Below are positions 22,601 through 34,827 of a stretch of DNA of 64,000 nucleotides, piece by piece. This DNA is from Pseudovirgaria hyperparasitica (taxonomy: Eukaryota), in the NCBI GenBank assembly GCA_010093815.1, contig ML996576.1. One strand, 5' to 3'. The notes below the pieces were generated by a model. That model was not told the origin of the DNA. It worked only from the letters and a program-made list of their open reading frames with translations, and ran no database searches. Position 1 is the stretch's first letter, and each line of letters starts with the position of its first letter. The position numbers and the translations under genes are program-made.

Positions 22601-23737
22601 GTGGTCACCACAGACACGTTGTGAAAGCTGATATCTCAGAACGCATCTCGATAGTAAAATTCTGAAAGCCAGCAGGATGTAAAGGGCGACACTGTGAGAG
22701 AAACAAGATATGCATCAAGATTCACATGAATGAACAATTCTAACAGCTCTAATATAAGCGTCTACCGAATGCCCCTCCTAAAACCGCCTGGTCCCGTTGT
22801 CCATACTTCATACAGCTCCTATCGACTCTTTTGTCACTTAAAAGCTGTCTATAAATACCTCTGAGTGCACATATATCGCTTTGTGTGAAGCAACAACAGT
22901 CACTGACATGGTTTCAGGCTGTCACTGTGCTATATTTCTCTTATAGATCTATGATAAGCATTCTATACCTTACTTTCTATATTTCGAGACCTCAAGAGTC
23001 CAAAGACTCTATTTCCTCCGAGCCTTCTATCCAGACATGACTAACAAAGTCGTAACAACGTGCAGGGCATGGGAGCAGAAAAGGGGGACGGAAGAAAGTT
23101 TCTCTTGTGCTATTACTCGGCCTCCGTATTTAGGACCTCACAAGCTGATATCGACTTAGACGTTGAAGTGGGTAGACTAGAGCACTTTAAAGAGAGCAGT
23201 CAACCAGGTAGCGGATACACTTCATGTGAAAGAAGGAAAAGCACCAATTTCTGTTGTGTAGACATGGATAATGAATATTCGATAAGGTTAGGAGAAAGGA
23301 AGAGTCTGGTTTCTTGATTCAGAGTACCATTGGTCAACGGATCTACTCGGCTGTTGGTGCGCAGGGTCGTCGTAATGAGAAGTTATATAATATGTCGTTT
23401 CTGAAATAGTCGTATGTGATCGGTTTGCACCCTGAATACTTGCATAATCTCGCGGATTGTGACGGTTCTTTCATATAAACAGCGCCATTTGCATGTCTCA
23501 TCAAGCATGAATTTCATTTTCTTAGAGCGTACTATGACGTGTAGAGCCTCTCAATAAAGCTAATATCTCACTATCTGAATGTAGCTCGCTCAAGTCCCCA
23601 GGGACAAACGACATGGTTGTAGAATGTGCTACGTTCCACGTTCAGATCTCGCGGCCGCGTCTCCGTACAAATATCAACAAAGAATCGAATCCTCGTCTCA
23701 CTCTTCTTCGTGAGATTCTTCTTGCAGCAGATCATAT

Positions 23738-25104
23738 CTAGAAGTTGCTTCCAGCACTCATCGTAGCGCTATCGGCGCAGCTAACATCATGAACCGTAAT
23801 CGTCTTCCCTCCGACACTCGTGATCTTGACGGAGACACTGTCTGTGCCCGTACCCTCGTGGATCTCGAAGTAGTTGTAATCTTTGCGCGTGGTGTCTTTC
23901 CAGGTCTTCCCACCGTCAGTGCTGACATCGACCTTCTGTACCTGCACGTTTGAGTTTTCAACCTGGATGTTGAAGTAGTACTTGCTCGTGCCAGACTTGT
24001 TCTTGAGCGTGATGGGTGAGGTGATGCCACAGGGGACAATGGACCAGGAGACATCAATGACGCCCTTGCTCGGTTCGGCTAGCTCTGCAAAGGCCTCCCT
24101 GAATAGATCAAGGTGGTTTGTGCCACAGCCTGGGCATTGGTCGACAACCTAGATATAGTCAGACACAACTCATGGCTCAAGAGATCGTGATGAGGAAAAT
24201 TACCATCGCAGTTATCTTTTTACCAGAGGGACCTGTGACTTCCATACAAGCGCCGCAAGCGCCGGCGTTATCCCAATTGGAGTCAGAGAGCGCGGTGCCG
24301 AAAATGCCAGATGGTATCTTGTAGCCTGGACTGAAATTCAGTTCTTGATCCAGCCTAGTTATACAGTGTGTCTCTATTCAAAGATCTACAGGCTAAAAAT
24401 CTTGACTTACCAGTAAAAGAACACATCCCGCCATCTACGTTCCCGTCATAGAAAGTCGCCTGACCCGACTTGCTGGCGTAGCCGGTAGTATCCTCATGTG
24501 TCTGACTCGCAGCAGGTAATGTAGACGAAGTCTTCGTGCCTTCAACCTGGGAAACTAATACGAATGAAGGGGATTCTACCACAGATGATGGCGTTGGAGT
24601 GGGTGCAGGGACGACTGGGCTCGACGGGCCATAAGGGATGTCCTGAGTAACCTTGGTAGTAGGGGCAACTTCGGGGGCTGCATCGCTCTGCAACGAAACA
24701 ATTGAATGCATGTCCATACTCGACATCGCGATAGAGCTTGGATAGATAGTGACCGTAGTGGGTTCGAGGATCTCGGTCTCCCAGACAGTTGAAAGACTGC
24801 ATTCTGTTTCCGCGACCGAGGGTTCAGTGGGGCTAGTATATACCGTAATCGTCGTTGGCTCAAGCGTAGTAGTGATCGTCACAGGCGAAAGTTCGCAGAA
24901 TGACTCTGAAGTCGTGATGGCAAAGACATCGGTGGCTGGCATCAAGTCGCTTGAAGGGGTCTCCATGGTAGTAACCTCTGAGGCAATAGGCTCAACAGCA
25001 GTGACAGTGACATATTCGGTAACAGGCGCACAAAAGTCCTGAGCCATAGACGCAGCAGCACCAAAGGCCACGGCGGCGAAGCAAGAACGAACCGAGGGCC
25101 TCAT
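23738..25104 (-). CDS. Secreted expansin-like protein (S/T/P-rich stalk + DPBB + CBM63-like domain), 3 exons
   Basis: Signal peptide MRPSVRSCFAAVAFGAAASMA. GQATFYDGNVDGGMCSF, then introns 24410-24326 and 24203-24149, giving CGACMEVTGP..TAM|VVDQCPGC..HLDL and TDGGKTW...RKDYNYF. Confidence 0.9.
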
Positions 25105-26703
25105 GATGACTGTCGTTGAAGAAAGGAGTGTTGGTAATGCAATGAATGACGGCCTGCCAGGGCGAGCAGAATCAGAAAGTAACGAGTGTAGAAGTAAAGA
25201 ACGGAATGGCAAGAAGCACGAAAGGAAGGAAAGATGAGGTTGTGGTGAGAAAGATGAAGGTTGCGGCAATACTGTTGATAGGGAAATGAAACTTGAGTGG
25301 GGCACATTCTGCAAGCAAATGGATGTCATTTGTAGACTGGGGGCGGGACCCTCCCATAACTTAGTTATTTCTAACTTACAACACATGTACTACAGCACTA
25401 CTTTCATCTGGACTAGGGATACCAAGGACAAGGTTCGAAATAAATTGCTTGCAAGGCAATGCTGGTCAAGCGAGATGGAAAGGATCGGATACGTGGTTTG
25501 ATTTTCCAGTCACCTTGGATGGATCGTGAGTGCTGCCAGCACGACATGATTTGTATCCATCTTTGTGCTGCCGGATGATAGTTGTGAAATCTTTTCGATC
25601 TTATTTGAGGAATGGTCTGATATCCATGGTCTCAGGAAAGGTCTCCGAAAGTGACCTCCGGGTAGAGTCGCAACGACCAAACCGACGACGAAGTGAGATT
25701 ATGAAACATGTGGCGTAGGCTCACCCCTGTTCGCAGCCGAAAAACTCCATCAGACCTTCTTTCATGACCTTGCCATCCGTCGGCCGGTCGATTTGGAGAC
25801 TTCGACAGACACGTTTGCGCCGCGGTCGTTCTTATGACGAAATTTTAGGTGTTGTCGCGTGGTCTCGATCCATCTAACGTAATCTGTCAACACAAAAGCG
25901 CCCACAGAGGCATCCGGTTTTCAGATTCCAGGATTAGATCTTGCGACAGGGACCAGAATGAGCGCTACAATTCGGTGGTTTATTATCTCCTGATTAGCTT
26001 GCTCTAGCATAGACATTTCCAACACCTTTGAACACGCCAGACATTCCTCAATGCCTGCCTGTACAAGTGTCTGATGTAGAGGCTCTGTAAGTCCGTGGTT
26101 ATGTTGACTCAGTGCCTGATATAACATATTATGTAACCTGTGTACCTTTTTCCAAAGGTCTATTCCAGATTTGGTCGCTCTGTAAGGCAAAGCGTTTGCT
26201 TCCAGAAAGAACTTACCATACATGTCAAGGCCGTTCTCATGATGCCCTTGCGATGCAATGATTTGATAGCATTAGCAGTAAAGACGTTGAGGTTCAAGTG
26301 AGTAATACTCATACTCAAATCTTAAGATTATCTTGCTCGTGACGAACTTGTGGGGGCTAATGGCGGTGTCACGAATATGCGTCCTTATGGGGTTGAAATA
26401 CAATAGACCTGCGTGATGCATATACAAAGGAACAGAAGTCTCATTCAACAGCGGTGCACGATGTTGTAGACGAGACACAACCGAGTGGCCAGCAGTAGGT
26501 AGCCTCGGACTGAGGTCGGGAGCACGGGCCACATAGGATCTTCTCGTCCATTCTTCGTACCTCAACTTTTTTCCATCACTTAAGCGTCTGCCCTTCACAA
26601 CACCACTTCTAACCTTTCTTCATTCGTCATTCACTTGGAGTCCTGGAGCACTGTCTGGGTCATATTCCATCTCTCCATCATCTGAAAGCACCTCACAAGC
26701 ATC

Positions 26704-28563
26704 ATGCAGCGCATACTCTCATCCCGAACGCGGTCTTCCGCCATTAACTCGAGCTCCAAGCTTCGATCCTCCGCGTTCAACTTACAGCAGCAACGATTTG
26801 CACACAAGGTACGTGGCACAACATCAACATCGAATCCAACAAAGGCTGAAATCTCTCAGGAGCTCAAATTCGGTGTAGAGGGACGCGCATCTCTACTGAG
26901 AGGTGTCGACACCCTCGCCAGAGCTGTCGCTACCACATTGGGTCCCAAGGGCCGAAATGTTTTGATAGAGTCCAGCTACGGATCCCCCAAGATTACGAAG
27001 GGTGAGTGATGATGGATCTTGCGAGAAGAAGATATCAACTGACATTTTTTAGATGGTGTAACTGTTGCCAAGGCTATCACGCTCGAGGACAAGTTCGAGA
27101 ACCTTGGAGCTAGACTTCTACAAGATGTCGCCTCCAAAACCAATGAAGTTGCCGGTGACGGTACTACCACCGCAACAGTCCTTGCCCGTGCCATATTCTC
27201 AGAGACAGTGAAGAACGTGGCCGCCGGCTGCAACCCAATGGACCTTCGTCGTGGTACCCAAGCTGCAGTCGAGGCTGTGGTTGAGTATCTCCAAGCACAC
27301 AAGAGGGATATCACAACCAGCGAGGAAATCTCGCAGGTCGCCACTATTTCGGCCAATGGTGATACACATATTGGAAAGCTGCTTTCCAACGCCATGGAAA
27401 AGGTTGGCAAGGAAGGTGTCATCACCGTCAAGGAGGGCAAGACCATTGAAGACGAGCTCGAGGTTACTGAGGGTATGAAATTTGACCGGGGATTCATTTC
27501 CCCATATTTCATCACGGATACCAAGGCGCAAAAAGTCGAATTCGAGAAACCACTAATCCTTCTGTCTGAGAAGAAGATTTCCGCTGTCCAGGATATTGTA
27601 CCCGCTCTCGAGGCATCTCAGCAGATGCGCCGTCCTCTTGTCATCATTGCCGAGGACATCGATGGTGAGGCTCTAGCTGTCTGTATTCTTAACAAGCTCC
27701 GTGGACAACTCCAAGTAGCTGCTGTGAAGGCTCCCGGGTTTGGTGACAACCGCAAGTCCATTCTAGGCGATCTGGCTGTTCTCACCAACGGTACCGTCTT
27801 CACTGATGAACTTGACATTAAGCTCGAGAAGGCTACTCCCGACATGCTCGGATCCACTGGTTCCATCACCATCACAAAGGAGGACACTGTAATTCTGAAT
27901 GGCGAGGGCACCAAGGATGCTGTCACCCAGCGTTGCGAACAGATTCGGGGTGTCATCAATGACCCGACTACTTCAGATTACGAGAAAGAGAAGCTTCAGG
28001 AGCGTCTCGCCAAGCTCTCTGGTGGCGTCGCTGTCATCAAGGTTGGCGGTGCTTCCGAAGTTGAGGTCGGCGAGAAGAAGGACCGCATTGTGGACGCTCT
28101 CAACGCTACTAGAGCAGCTGTCGAGGAGGGCATCCTTCCCGGTGGCGGTACTGGTCTTCTCAAGGCTGCTGCAAACGCACTTAACGACATCAAGCCCGCC
28201 AACTTCGATCAACAACTTGGAATCACCATTGTTAAGAACGCAATCACTCGTCCAGCACGGACTATCGTTGAGAACGCTGGCCAGGAAGGTAGCGTCATTG
28301 TTGGCAAGCTCATGGATGAATTTGGCAAGGACTTTAACAAAGGCTACGACAGCTCTAAGGGCGAATATGTCGACATGATTTCGGCTGGTATCCTTGACCC
28401 ATTCAAGGTCGTACGTACAGCACTGAGAGATGCTAGTGGTGTCGCCTCTCTACTTGGAACGACCGAAGTTGCCATAGTCGAAGCACCTGAAGAGAAGGGA
28501 CCTCCGCCAGGTATGGGTGGTGGCATGGGCGGCATGGGTGGTATGGGCGGTATGGGATTCTAA
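26704..28563 (+). CDS. HSP60: Mitochondrial chaperonin Hsp60, 3 exons
   Basis: Presequence ending QQRFAHK; introns 26809-26859 and 27002-27052. Motifs [31 protein letters not shown] and a C-terminal GGM repeat. Confidence 0.98.
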
Positions 28564-29301
28564 AACGTGGAACCTTGAACCGCGTCTACTCGATTTCTTG
28601 TATACCCATTTCTCGTCCCAACGCCCTTGGCTGATGTATATGATTAACCCCCCACTCCTCACTCCTCTTCAAATGTTGTCTTCATACCTTTGACTTCATA
28701 TTTGCATTATTGAGCGGAATTCTGACATGTACCAACTCCCCTGTATACTACTACCGTGGATGGAGGAAAGGAAAAAGTAATTTATTGTCTAGACAGTATC
28801 AAAAAACTGCAATCGAATCGGCAATTCATCTCTACTGCTGGAGACAGGATGCGATGGAAGTCGTCGCGCGCAACTCCATGTCGAGCACGTGAGCGAAGCG
28901 CATACATTTTTAATCGCAGGGGGGCCGCGTTGCGGTGGAATGGTTGCTTTAGCACCGAGAAGCCCCTCCAGCGACCCCAAAACATCCCGCAGTTGCTGCC
29001 CCTAACAAGGCTCCAAGGTTGCCCCTCCATTCAAATTTACATCTAACAAACGGAGCAAACTACCTACAACTCACCGCCCTCATACCTATATTTTCACCCC
29101 ATCTGAATCAACTCGCTCTACGATTGGCGACTGGAGCCCAAGTATCTGTATGTCGCTGCCTGTTTGGCGCCCAATAGCGCCGCCCATACAGTCGTTCACT
29201 GCCTTGGATGACGACGCTGACAGAATGTACTTATAGCGCTGCCTGCGGACCCCTAATTCCAACCGTTCTTCATCTCAAAAGTTCTACTGTAGTTGATCGC
29301 G

Positions 29302-29950
29302 ATGGTAAGCCTTCCTCTATTCTTCCTTAGTAGAACACAGCCAGTGACTGACGCCCGTATCTAGGCTCAATCAGGGTATGTCTCTTTATACAACACAGCA
29401 TAGCGGTAGCCCCTCGGTGCAGACACGGACTGATTGCACGCCTATAGAATCAAAGTTGCCGCTGAGTGCGTTACCGCCTATGAAGAGCTGAAGAGCAAGA
29501 AGGCGTTCAGATTCATCTTGTTCAAGATCAGCGACGATGGCAAGGAAATTGTTGTCGACGAGACGGGCAAAGAAGATGATTGGGATGTCTTCCGTGAGAA
29601 GTTAATCTCATCGAAGAGCAAAGATAAGCGTGGTAAAGAGGGAGTCGGTGCCAGATATGCCGTCTATGACTTTCACCACACAAGTGGCGAAGGTATTGTA
29701 CAAGAAAAGCCTGGTCTTCTGAGCTGGATCCCTGACGACGCTGGCGTCTTTGTAAGTCTTCATCGAGAACTCATCCCTACCAGAACCAACCGCTGACGAC
29801 ACCCTTGAACAGGTCAAAATGACCTACGCTGGTTCTAAGGAGGCGCTCAAGATGGCACTCCCAGGCCTTGCTGCGGACATCCAAGCCAGCGCAACCGAGG
29901 ATTTGGAGTATGAAGGCAGCGTACGCCCAAAGGTATTCAAGAGACTATAG
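29302..29950 (+). CDS. COF1: Cofilin/actin-depolymerising factor, 151 aa, 4 coding exons
   Basis: Coding exons 29302-29304 (ATG only), 29365-29375, 29448-29751 and 29813-29950 total 456 nt. Product MAQSGIKV..RYAVYDF..SWIPDDA..KMTYAGSKEALK. Probable 5'UTR intron at 29148-29236. Confidence 0.92.
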
Positions 29951-30224
29951 GCCTCCCTCGGGCGACGAGAAATAGCCACCAGTGCGTATGCACAGCTCAA
30001 TCGCAACACAGAAGAATGAATTGCACAACGAGGTCACGCCATAAACCTTGGCGGGCCCATATGAGAGACGACCGCCTTCGTCTTTGGTGTACTTCAGTCT
30101 GATGGGCTCAATATTCCACTGACTTGTTGGACGCGCGGAGAACTCAGATCTAAACGCTCCAATTGATACATTTCCCTACATAGTTGCAATAGTGACTTTC
30201 AAATGTGCACTGTGCCCTATGAGA

Positions 30225-30981
30225 TTACGCCGATGCCTTTTCCCACGCAACTCTAAACAGCCCTGCTAGTCGCTCCCCCTCCTTCTCATCTCGTATCCGC
30301 TGTATCAACCATCCTTTAAGGTCTCCCCAGAACTTTTCCGTATGCATGACACCCTCCCCGCTCAGGCCTTGCGCCACTGGCGCCTCGTCTGGACTTCTTA
30401 CGGCTGGTGTGACATCCGTCTTCGCATCTACGGGTAAAGTCACAGGGGGACTGACCACTCTGTCTGGCATTGGCTGTGCCGTTGCACCCGCCATGAGCAT
30501 GATCTTGAACTCCACGTCTTTCGCATCTTCTCCCTCCTTGAGCCCGAATATCTCTGCAACGGTCTTGCTCCCTGTGGTCTCAGGCTTCATGCCGTTGAGC
30601 AACTTGAACTTATCCACCGGGTAGCCTGTATGCGCAGCGTAGGCGGCTTTGAGGTCGTAGATTGACGTGGTGAGGGGTTGGGCGGGAAGGGAGAGCTCAG
30701 CGCCATCTTTGCGGGGCTTGAGTGTTATCGTGATGGTCGAGGATGATGAGGAATCGGGAGAAGAGGTGGTGCGCTTCCGTTTCTGAGGCGTTGTCGGATG
30801 TTTTGGAAGCATATACTGTAGCTGTACGTGCATCAGTATGTGGGAGTCAAGGAAGGATACTGTAAACGTATGATTAGGAAGTACATACACTGGGAGATGG
30901 CGCGGAGAGGACCTTGGGCCCAGTAACTGGTAGCCTGGCCAGATCGTCAATGAACGACTTTGCGAATGCTTCTTCAGACAT
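30225..30981 (-). CDS. Ubiquitin-like domain protein, Get5/Mdy2-like, 2 exons
   Basis: Exon 1 MSEEAFAKSFIDDL.. (Get5 N-terminus-like). Intron from 30888 with tandem CAG acceptors 6 nt apart. UBL-like ITITLKP..TSIYDLKAAY...DKFKLL and C-terminal FWGDLKGWLIQRIRD. Confidence 0.72.
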
Positions 30982-31228
30982 TTTTTCTTGAGTTTAACGG
31001 GGAATAGAGAGGTCTCTGTTGCGCGCTCTAGACTTCGCGATGACGATTTGGTGTTGAAGGGTTCCAGGGAAGCGGGAAACACGGCGCTAGTCCCACCTCG
31101 AAAGGCGGTCGAGCCACTAGCTCCCCGCTGGGATTTTTTCTAGCAAAAAGTTTCGAGCGTCGGTAGAATTGCTTATATATTCAGGTTAAACATTGCTCTC
31201 ACTTCATACACCACACCACACCGCAGTC

Positions 31229-33667
31229 ATGGGTCCCGGTCGTCGTATGAAGAAGCAAGGTCCGCCAGGCCCACTTGACGAATCACTTGTCACTCGCAAG
31301 CGGAAAGACGCACCTGCCGCGGCTCCTACCAAAAATGGCAAAAAACGAAGGACTTCTGGGGAGAAACCCAAGTACGAAATGTCGGGCGCATTGGATGAAA
31401 ACTACAAACCGGTGAAACCTCAAAAGACTAATGGTGTGAAGAGCGCTGCGCCTGCGCTTAAGCCTGCTACAAATGGTGCTAAGAAGCAGAAGAAAGAGAA
31501 GAAGCAAAGTCCTCCTCCGCCACCACCTCCGCCTGCAGAGAGCGACAGCGAGGAGGAAGACGAAGATAGTAGCGATGATGCTGCGAGCAATTCGGATGCT
31601 ATGGAAGGCCAGCTCAAGAAGACTAATGGGCTCGATGCTCTTGGCAGTGATGATGAAGAGCTCGACGGAGAAGATGAGTACGTTGGGTCGGATGATGACA
31701 GTGTCATGGACTCAGATGATGATGCTGGTGCTCGAAAAGAGCGCATGTGGTCCGAGGATGAAGATGAGGAAGCGCTGGCGGAGAAGCTCACAGCTGCGAA
31801 CATCGAGGGTCTATCAAGAAAGATGGACATGGATAAAGCACGGGAAGACGCAGAGGCACAAGCAGAACTTGAGGAGATGGGCATGACCACGAATATCGCC
31901 AACGAAGACCGACCGAAGATCCTCGATGACGTTGACGAAGAAGGTGTCGCCAGAGCGAACCTGTTGACCCCTGATCTGCAAATGCTGCGATCGAGAATCA
32001 CCGATAACGTTCGTGTGCTCGATGATTTCAAGAATCTGGCTGAGAATGGCCGCTCACGAACGGAGTATACCGAGCAACTGCTCAGGGATATTTGCACATA
32101 CTATGGTTACTCTGCATTCCTCGCCGAAAAGCTTTTCTCCCTTTTCTCTCCAAAGGAGGCATTTGCGTTCTTTGAAGCCAACGAAACTCCGCGCCCAGTC
32201 GTCATCCGCACAAACACTCTCCGCACTCATCGTCGCGAACTCGCGCAATCTCTCATCAACCGCGGTGTGCAACTCGAGCCCGTAGGCAAATGGTCGAAAG
32301 TAGGTCTTCAAATTTTCGAAACCCAAGTACCCCTGGGTGCGACGCCCGAGTATCTCGCCGGCCAGTACATAATCCAAGCCGCATCCTCCTTCTTGCCTGT
32401 CATGGCTCTCGCCCCTCAGGAAGATGAGCGCATTCTGGATATGGCATCTGCCCCTGGCGGCAAAACCACTCACATCGCCGCTCTCATGAAGAACACTGGG
32501 TGCATTTTTGCGAATGACGCAAATAAGAGTCGTGCTAAGGGTTTGATCGGTAACGTGCACCGCATGGGCGTGCGAAATACCATTATCTGCAACTACAACG
32601 CTCTTGAGTTCCCACGCGTCATCGGCGGTTTCGATCGCGTACTCCTTGACGCGCCCTGTTCCGGCACAGGCGTCATTGCGAAAGACCCGTCCGTCAAAAC
32701 CAACAAGACCGAGAAAGACTTCCTCAAACTCCCGCACCTGCAGAAACAGCTCCTCCTCGCCGCAATCGACAGTGTCGACCACATGTCTAAGACCGGCGGC
32801 TACATCGTGTATTCGACCTGCTCCGTGACGGTCGAAGAAAACGAACAAGTCGTGCAGTACGCACTCAACAAACGCCCCAACGTCAAACTCGTCCCCACCG
32901 GTCTCGGCACCTTTGGCCGCCCAGGATTTACTTCGTATGCCGCGAAGAGGTTCCACCCGCACATGAAGGAGACGCGGCGCTACTACCCGCACGCGTATAA
33001 CGTGGACGGCTTCTTTGTTGCAAAATTCAGGAAAACGGGGCCGACACCTGCAGGCGCGGTGATGCCGAACGAGAGCAGTGCGATGAGTAAGGTGCAAGGC
33101 CAGGGTCATGAGGAGAGGGACGGGAACGAGATGGATGTTGATCGGGCGCCGATCGAGGACGACGAGGGAGAGAGCGAGGAGGAGGATGAGTTTGGTGGGT
33201 TTGACAGCGAGGAGGACAGGGTGTATATCGAGCGGGCGAAGATGAGCCGGCTGAGGCGGAAGGGCGTCAATGTTAAGGCCGTGGGCAAGGGCAAGGGCAA
33301 GGACAAGGGAAAGAAGGACGCGAACGGCGTTATACAGGATGAAAAGGCCCAGGAAACAGACGCGGAGAGTGCTTCCAAGGGGTTTTCCGAGGAGACTGTT
33401 CCAGACAGAAAACTCCCAAAGCAAAGTCACTCAAAAACGTCCCAGAAAGTAGCGACTGGAACCACTCATGAAGCGAAGCCAAAGGAGTCAGCAGACAGCA
33501 GCACGCTACAAGCAGGTGCAACCAAGCAATCCAAAAAAGAGAAGCATGCCAAAATGCCCAAGGAGACCATTCATGGCGACAACGAGAAGAAATCGCCCAA
33601 GGTCAAGAAAGAGAAAGCCAAGAAGGATAAGAAGGACAAGAAGGACAAGAAGGTTGCTGATATATGA
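31229..33667 (+). CDS. NOP2: 25S rRNA cytosine-C5 methyltransferase Nop2
   Basis: Motifs ILDMASAPGGKT, FDRVLLDAPCSGTG, VYSTCSVTVEENE and PHAYNVDGFFVAK. Acidic N-terminal and Lys-rich C-terminal tails; intronless. Confidence 0.96.
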   Translation: MGPGRRMKKQGPPGPLDESLVTRKRKDAPAAAPTKNGKKRRTSGEKPKYEMSGALDENYKPVKPQKTNGVKSAAPALKPATNGAKKQKKEKKQSPPPPPPPPAESDSEEEDEDSSDDAASNSDAMEGQLKKTNGLDALGSDDEELDGEDEYVGSDDDSVMDSDDDAGARKERMWSEDEDEEALAEKLTAANIEGLSRKMDMDKAREDAEAQAELEEMGMTTNIANEDRPKILDDVDEEGVARANLLTPDLQMLRSRITDNVRVLDDFKNLAENGRSRTEYTEQLLRDICTYYGYSAFLAEKLFSLFSPKEAFAFFEANETPRPVVIRTNTLRTHRRELAQSLINRGVQLEPVGKWSKVGLQIFETQVPLGATPEYLAGQYIIQAASSFLPVMALAPQEDERILDMASAPGGKTTHIAALMKNTGCIFANDANKSRAKGLIGNVHRMGVRNTIICNYNALEFPRVIGGFDRVLLDAPCSGTGVIAKDPSVKTNKTEKDFLKLPHLQKQLLLAAIDSVDHMSKTGGYIVYSTCSVTVEENEQVVQYALNKRPNVKLVPTGLGTFGRPGFTSYAAKRFHPHMKETRRYYPHAYNVDGFFVAKFRKTGPTPAGAVMPNESSAMSKVQGQGHEERDGNEMDVDRAPIEDDEGESEEEDEFGGFDSEEDRVYIERAKMSRLRRKGVNVKAVGKGKGKDKGKKDANGVIQDEKAQETDAESASKGFSEETVPDRKLPKQSHSKTSQKVATGTTHEAKPKESADSSTLQAGATKQSKKEKHAKMPKETIHGDNEKKSPKVKKEKAKKDKKDKKDKKVADI

Positions 33668-34827
33668 GATGATTTGTCTAGTTAATGGTCCATTGTCTAC
33701 AGTCTGTAGTGTAGTCTGCTGTGTGTTCGCTGTTTGCTTGCAGTTTGTGCGTCACAAGGATATATACGGATATTAAAAAATTGCATAGGATGGCGTTTGA
33801 CGTGTTGTTTCTGGTGTGTTCTTTTGTGTTTTCCTAAATGGTCTATTGGATGTATGTGCTTGCTGGTTTTCCGTGTGTGTATACAAGTGCGTAGTTACAC
33901 AGACAGGCACCAGGCATCATTCACGAAGTAGTAGGAGCTCTTAGTCCTCATTATGTGTGGCAAGATGTGATGTTTACAAATTCTTGTTGATTGCATGTAC
34001 GGCGCTGGTGAGAATTAATACTAAGGGTGAAGCTGTCTGATGTCGGTGTACGTGGTGGATAGTATATGGAGTTGGTAGTTCTATCAAATGGCCTGAAGGT
34101 TGCCTGAAATGTTCCCGGACTATTGTCCTACCTTAGTACTGTAATTAATTAATCGATACTATTATCAAGATGTTAGAGTTATACCAACATCATCATCTAG
34201 CGTACGTATTCGCATCCTTCACTCGTGTCCCTCGTACCTCGCATTATCTAGCAATCCGCTGCATCTCCCCCGTCTTTCTCCGCATACATACATACACCAT
34301 CACCATTATTTGAAATCGAAGGAAGTTCCGAAGTCGTGGGCTTAAGATGGGTTGTTATTACTATATACTAGATGGAATACAGTTAGACGGGGTAAGGCGG
34401 AGAAGACAGGAGGACGGGGCCTAGCTACCTGGCTTAGATCCGGGTAGCGCCGTGTAGATCTTGGAATGGATGGGATCCATGCCGTGTGGCGTGATCGTCG
34501 TGATCGACATCTCCGACGTCCACGGCAGTTCATGGGAATTCATGAACGATGTTCATGATGCACGTGGTATTTCTTTGAGGTCTTTGCACACCTAAGTGGA
34601 GATGTGTGGTGTCGGAGCCTGTTCCGAAGATACGAGCAGACGACGGAGCACCAAAGTAGACACACAACAAGAGCCAAAGCCAGCGTATATCTGCACAGAC
34701 TTCAAGAACCTCGAACAACAACGACACGCCCATTATTATTCATTATCATTAACCCCACGCGTAGCATCATATGCGTTCATCGCCGATCCAGCGGCGGCAG
34801 TCATGGGGGGGGGGGGATCTATAGGTA

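Noticed and set aside
26199..26213. Heat-shock-element-like TTCCAGAA upstream of HSP60
   Set aside because: Only two properly spaced nGAAn units; expected by chance.
25921..26598. Two 100-108 aa minus-strand ORFs upstream of HSP60 (possible divergent HSP10)
   Set aside because: No GroES-like or other recognisable motif and no convincing splice path.
32054..33430. 458-aa minus-strand ORF
   Set aside because: Antisense shadow of NOP2 caused by biased codon usage; no recognisable motifs.
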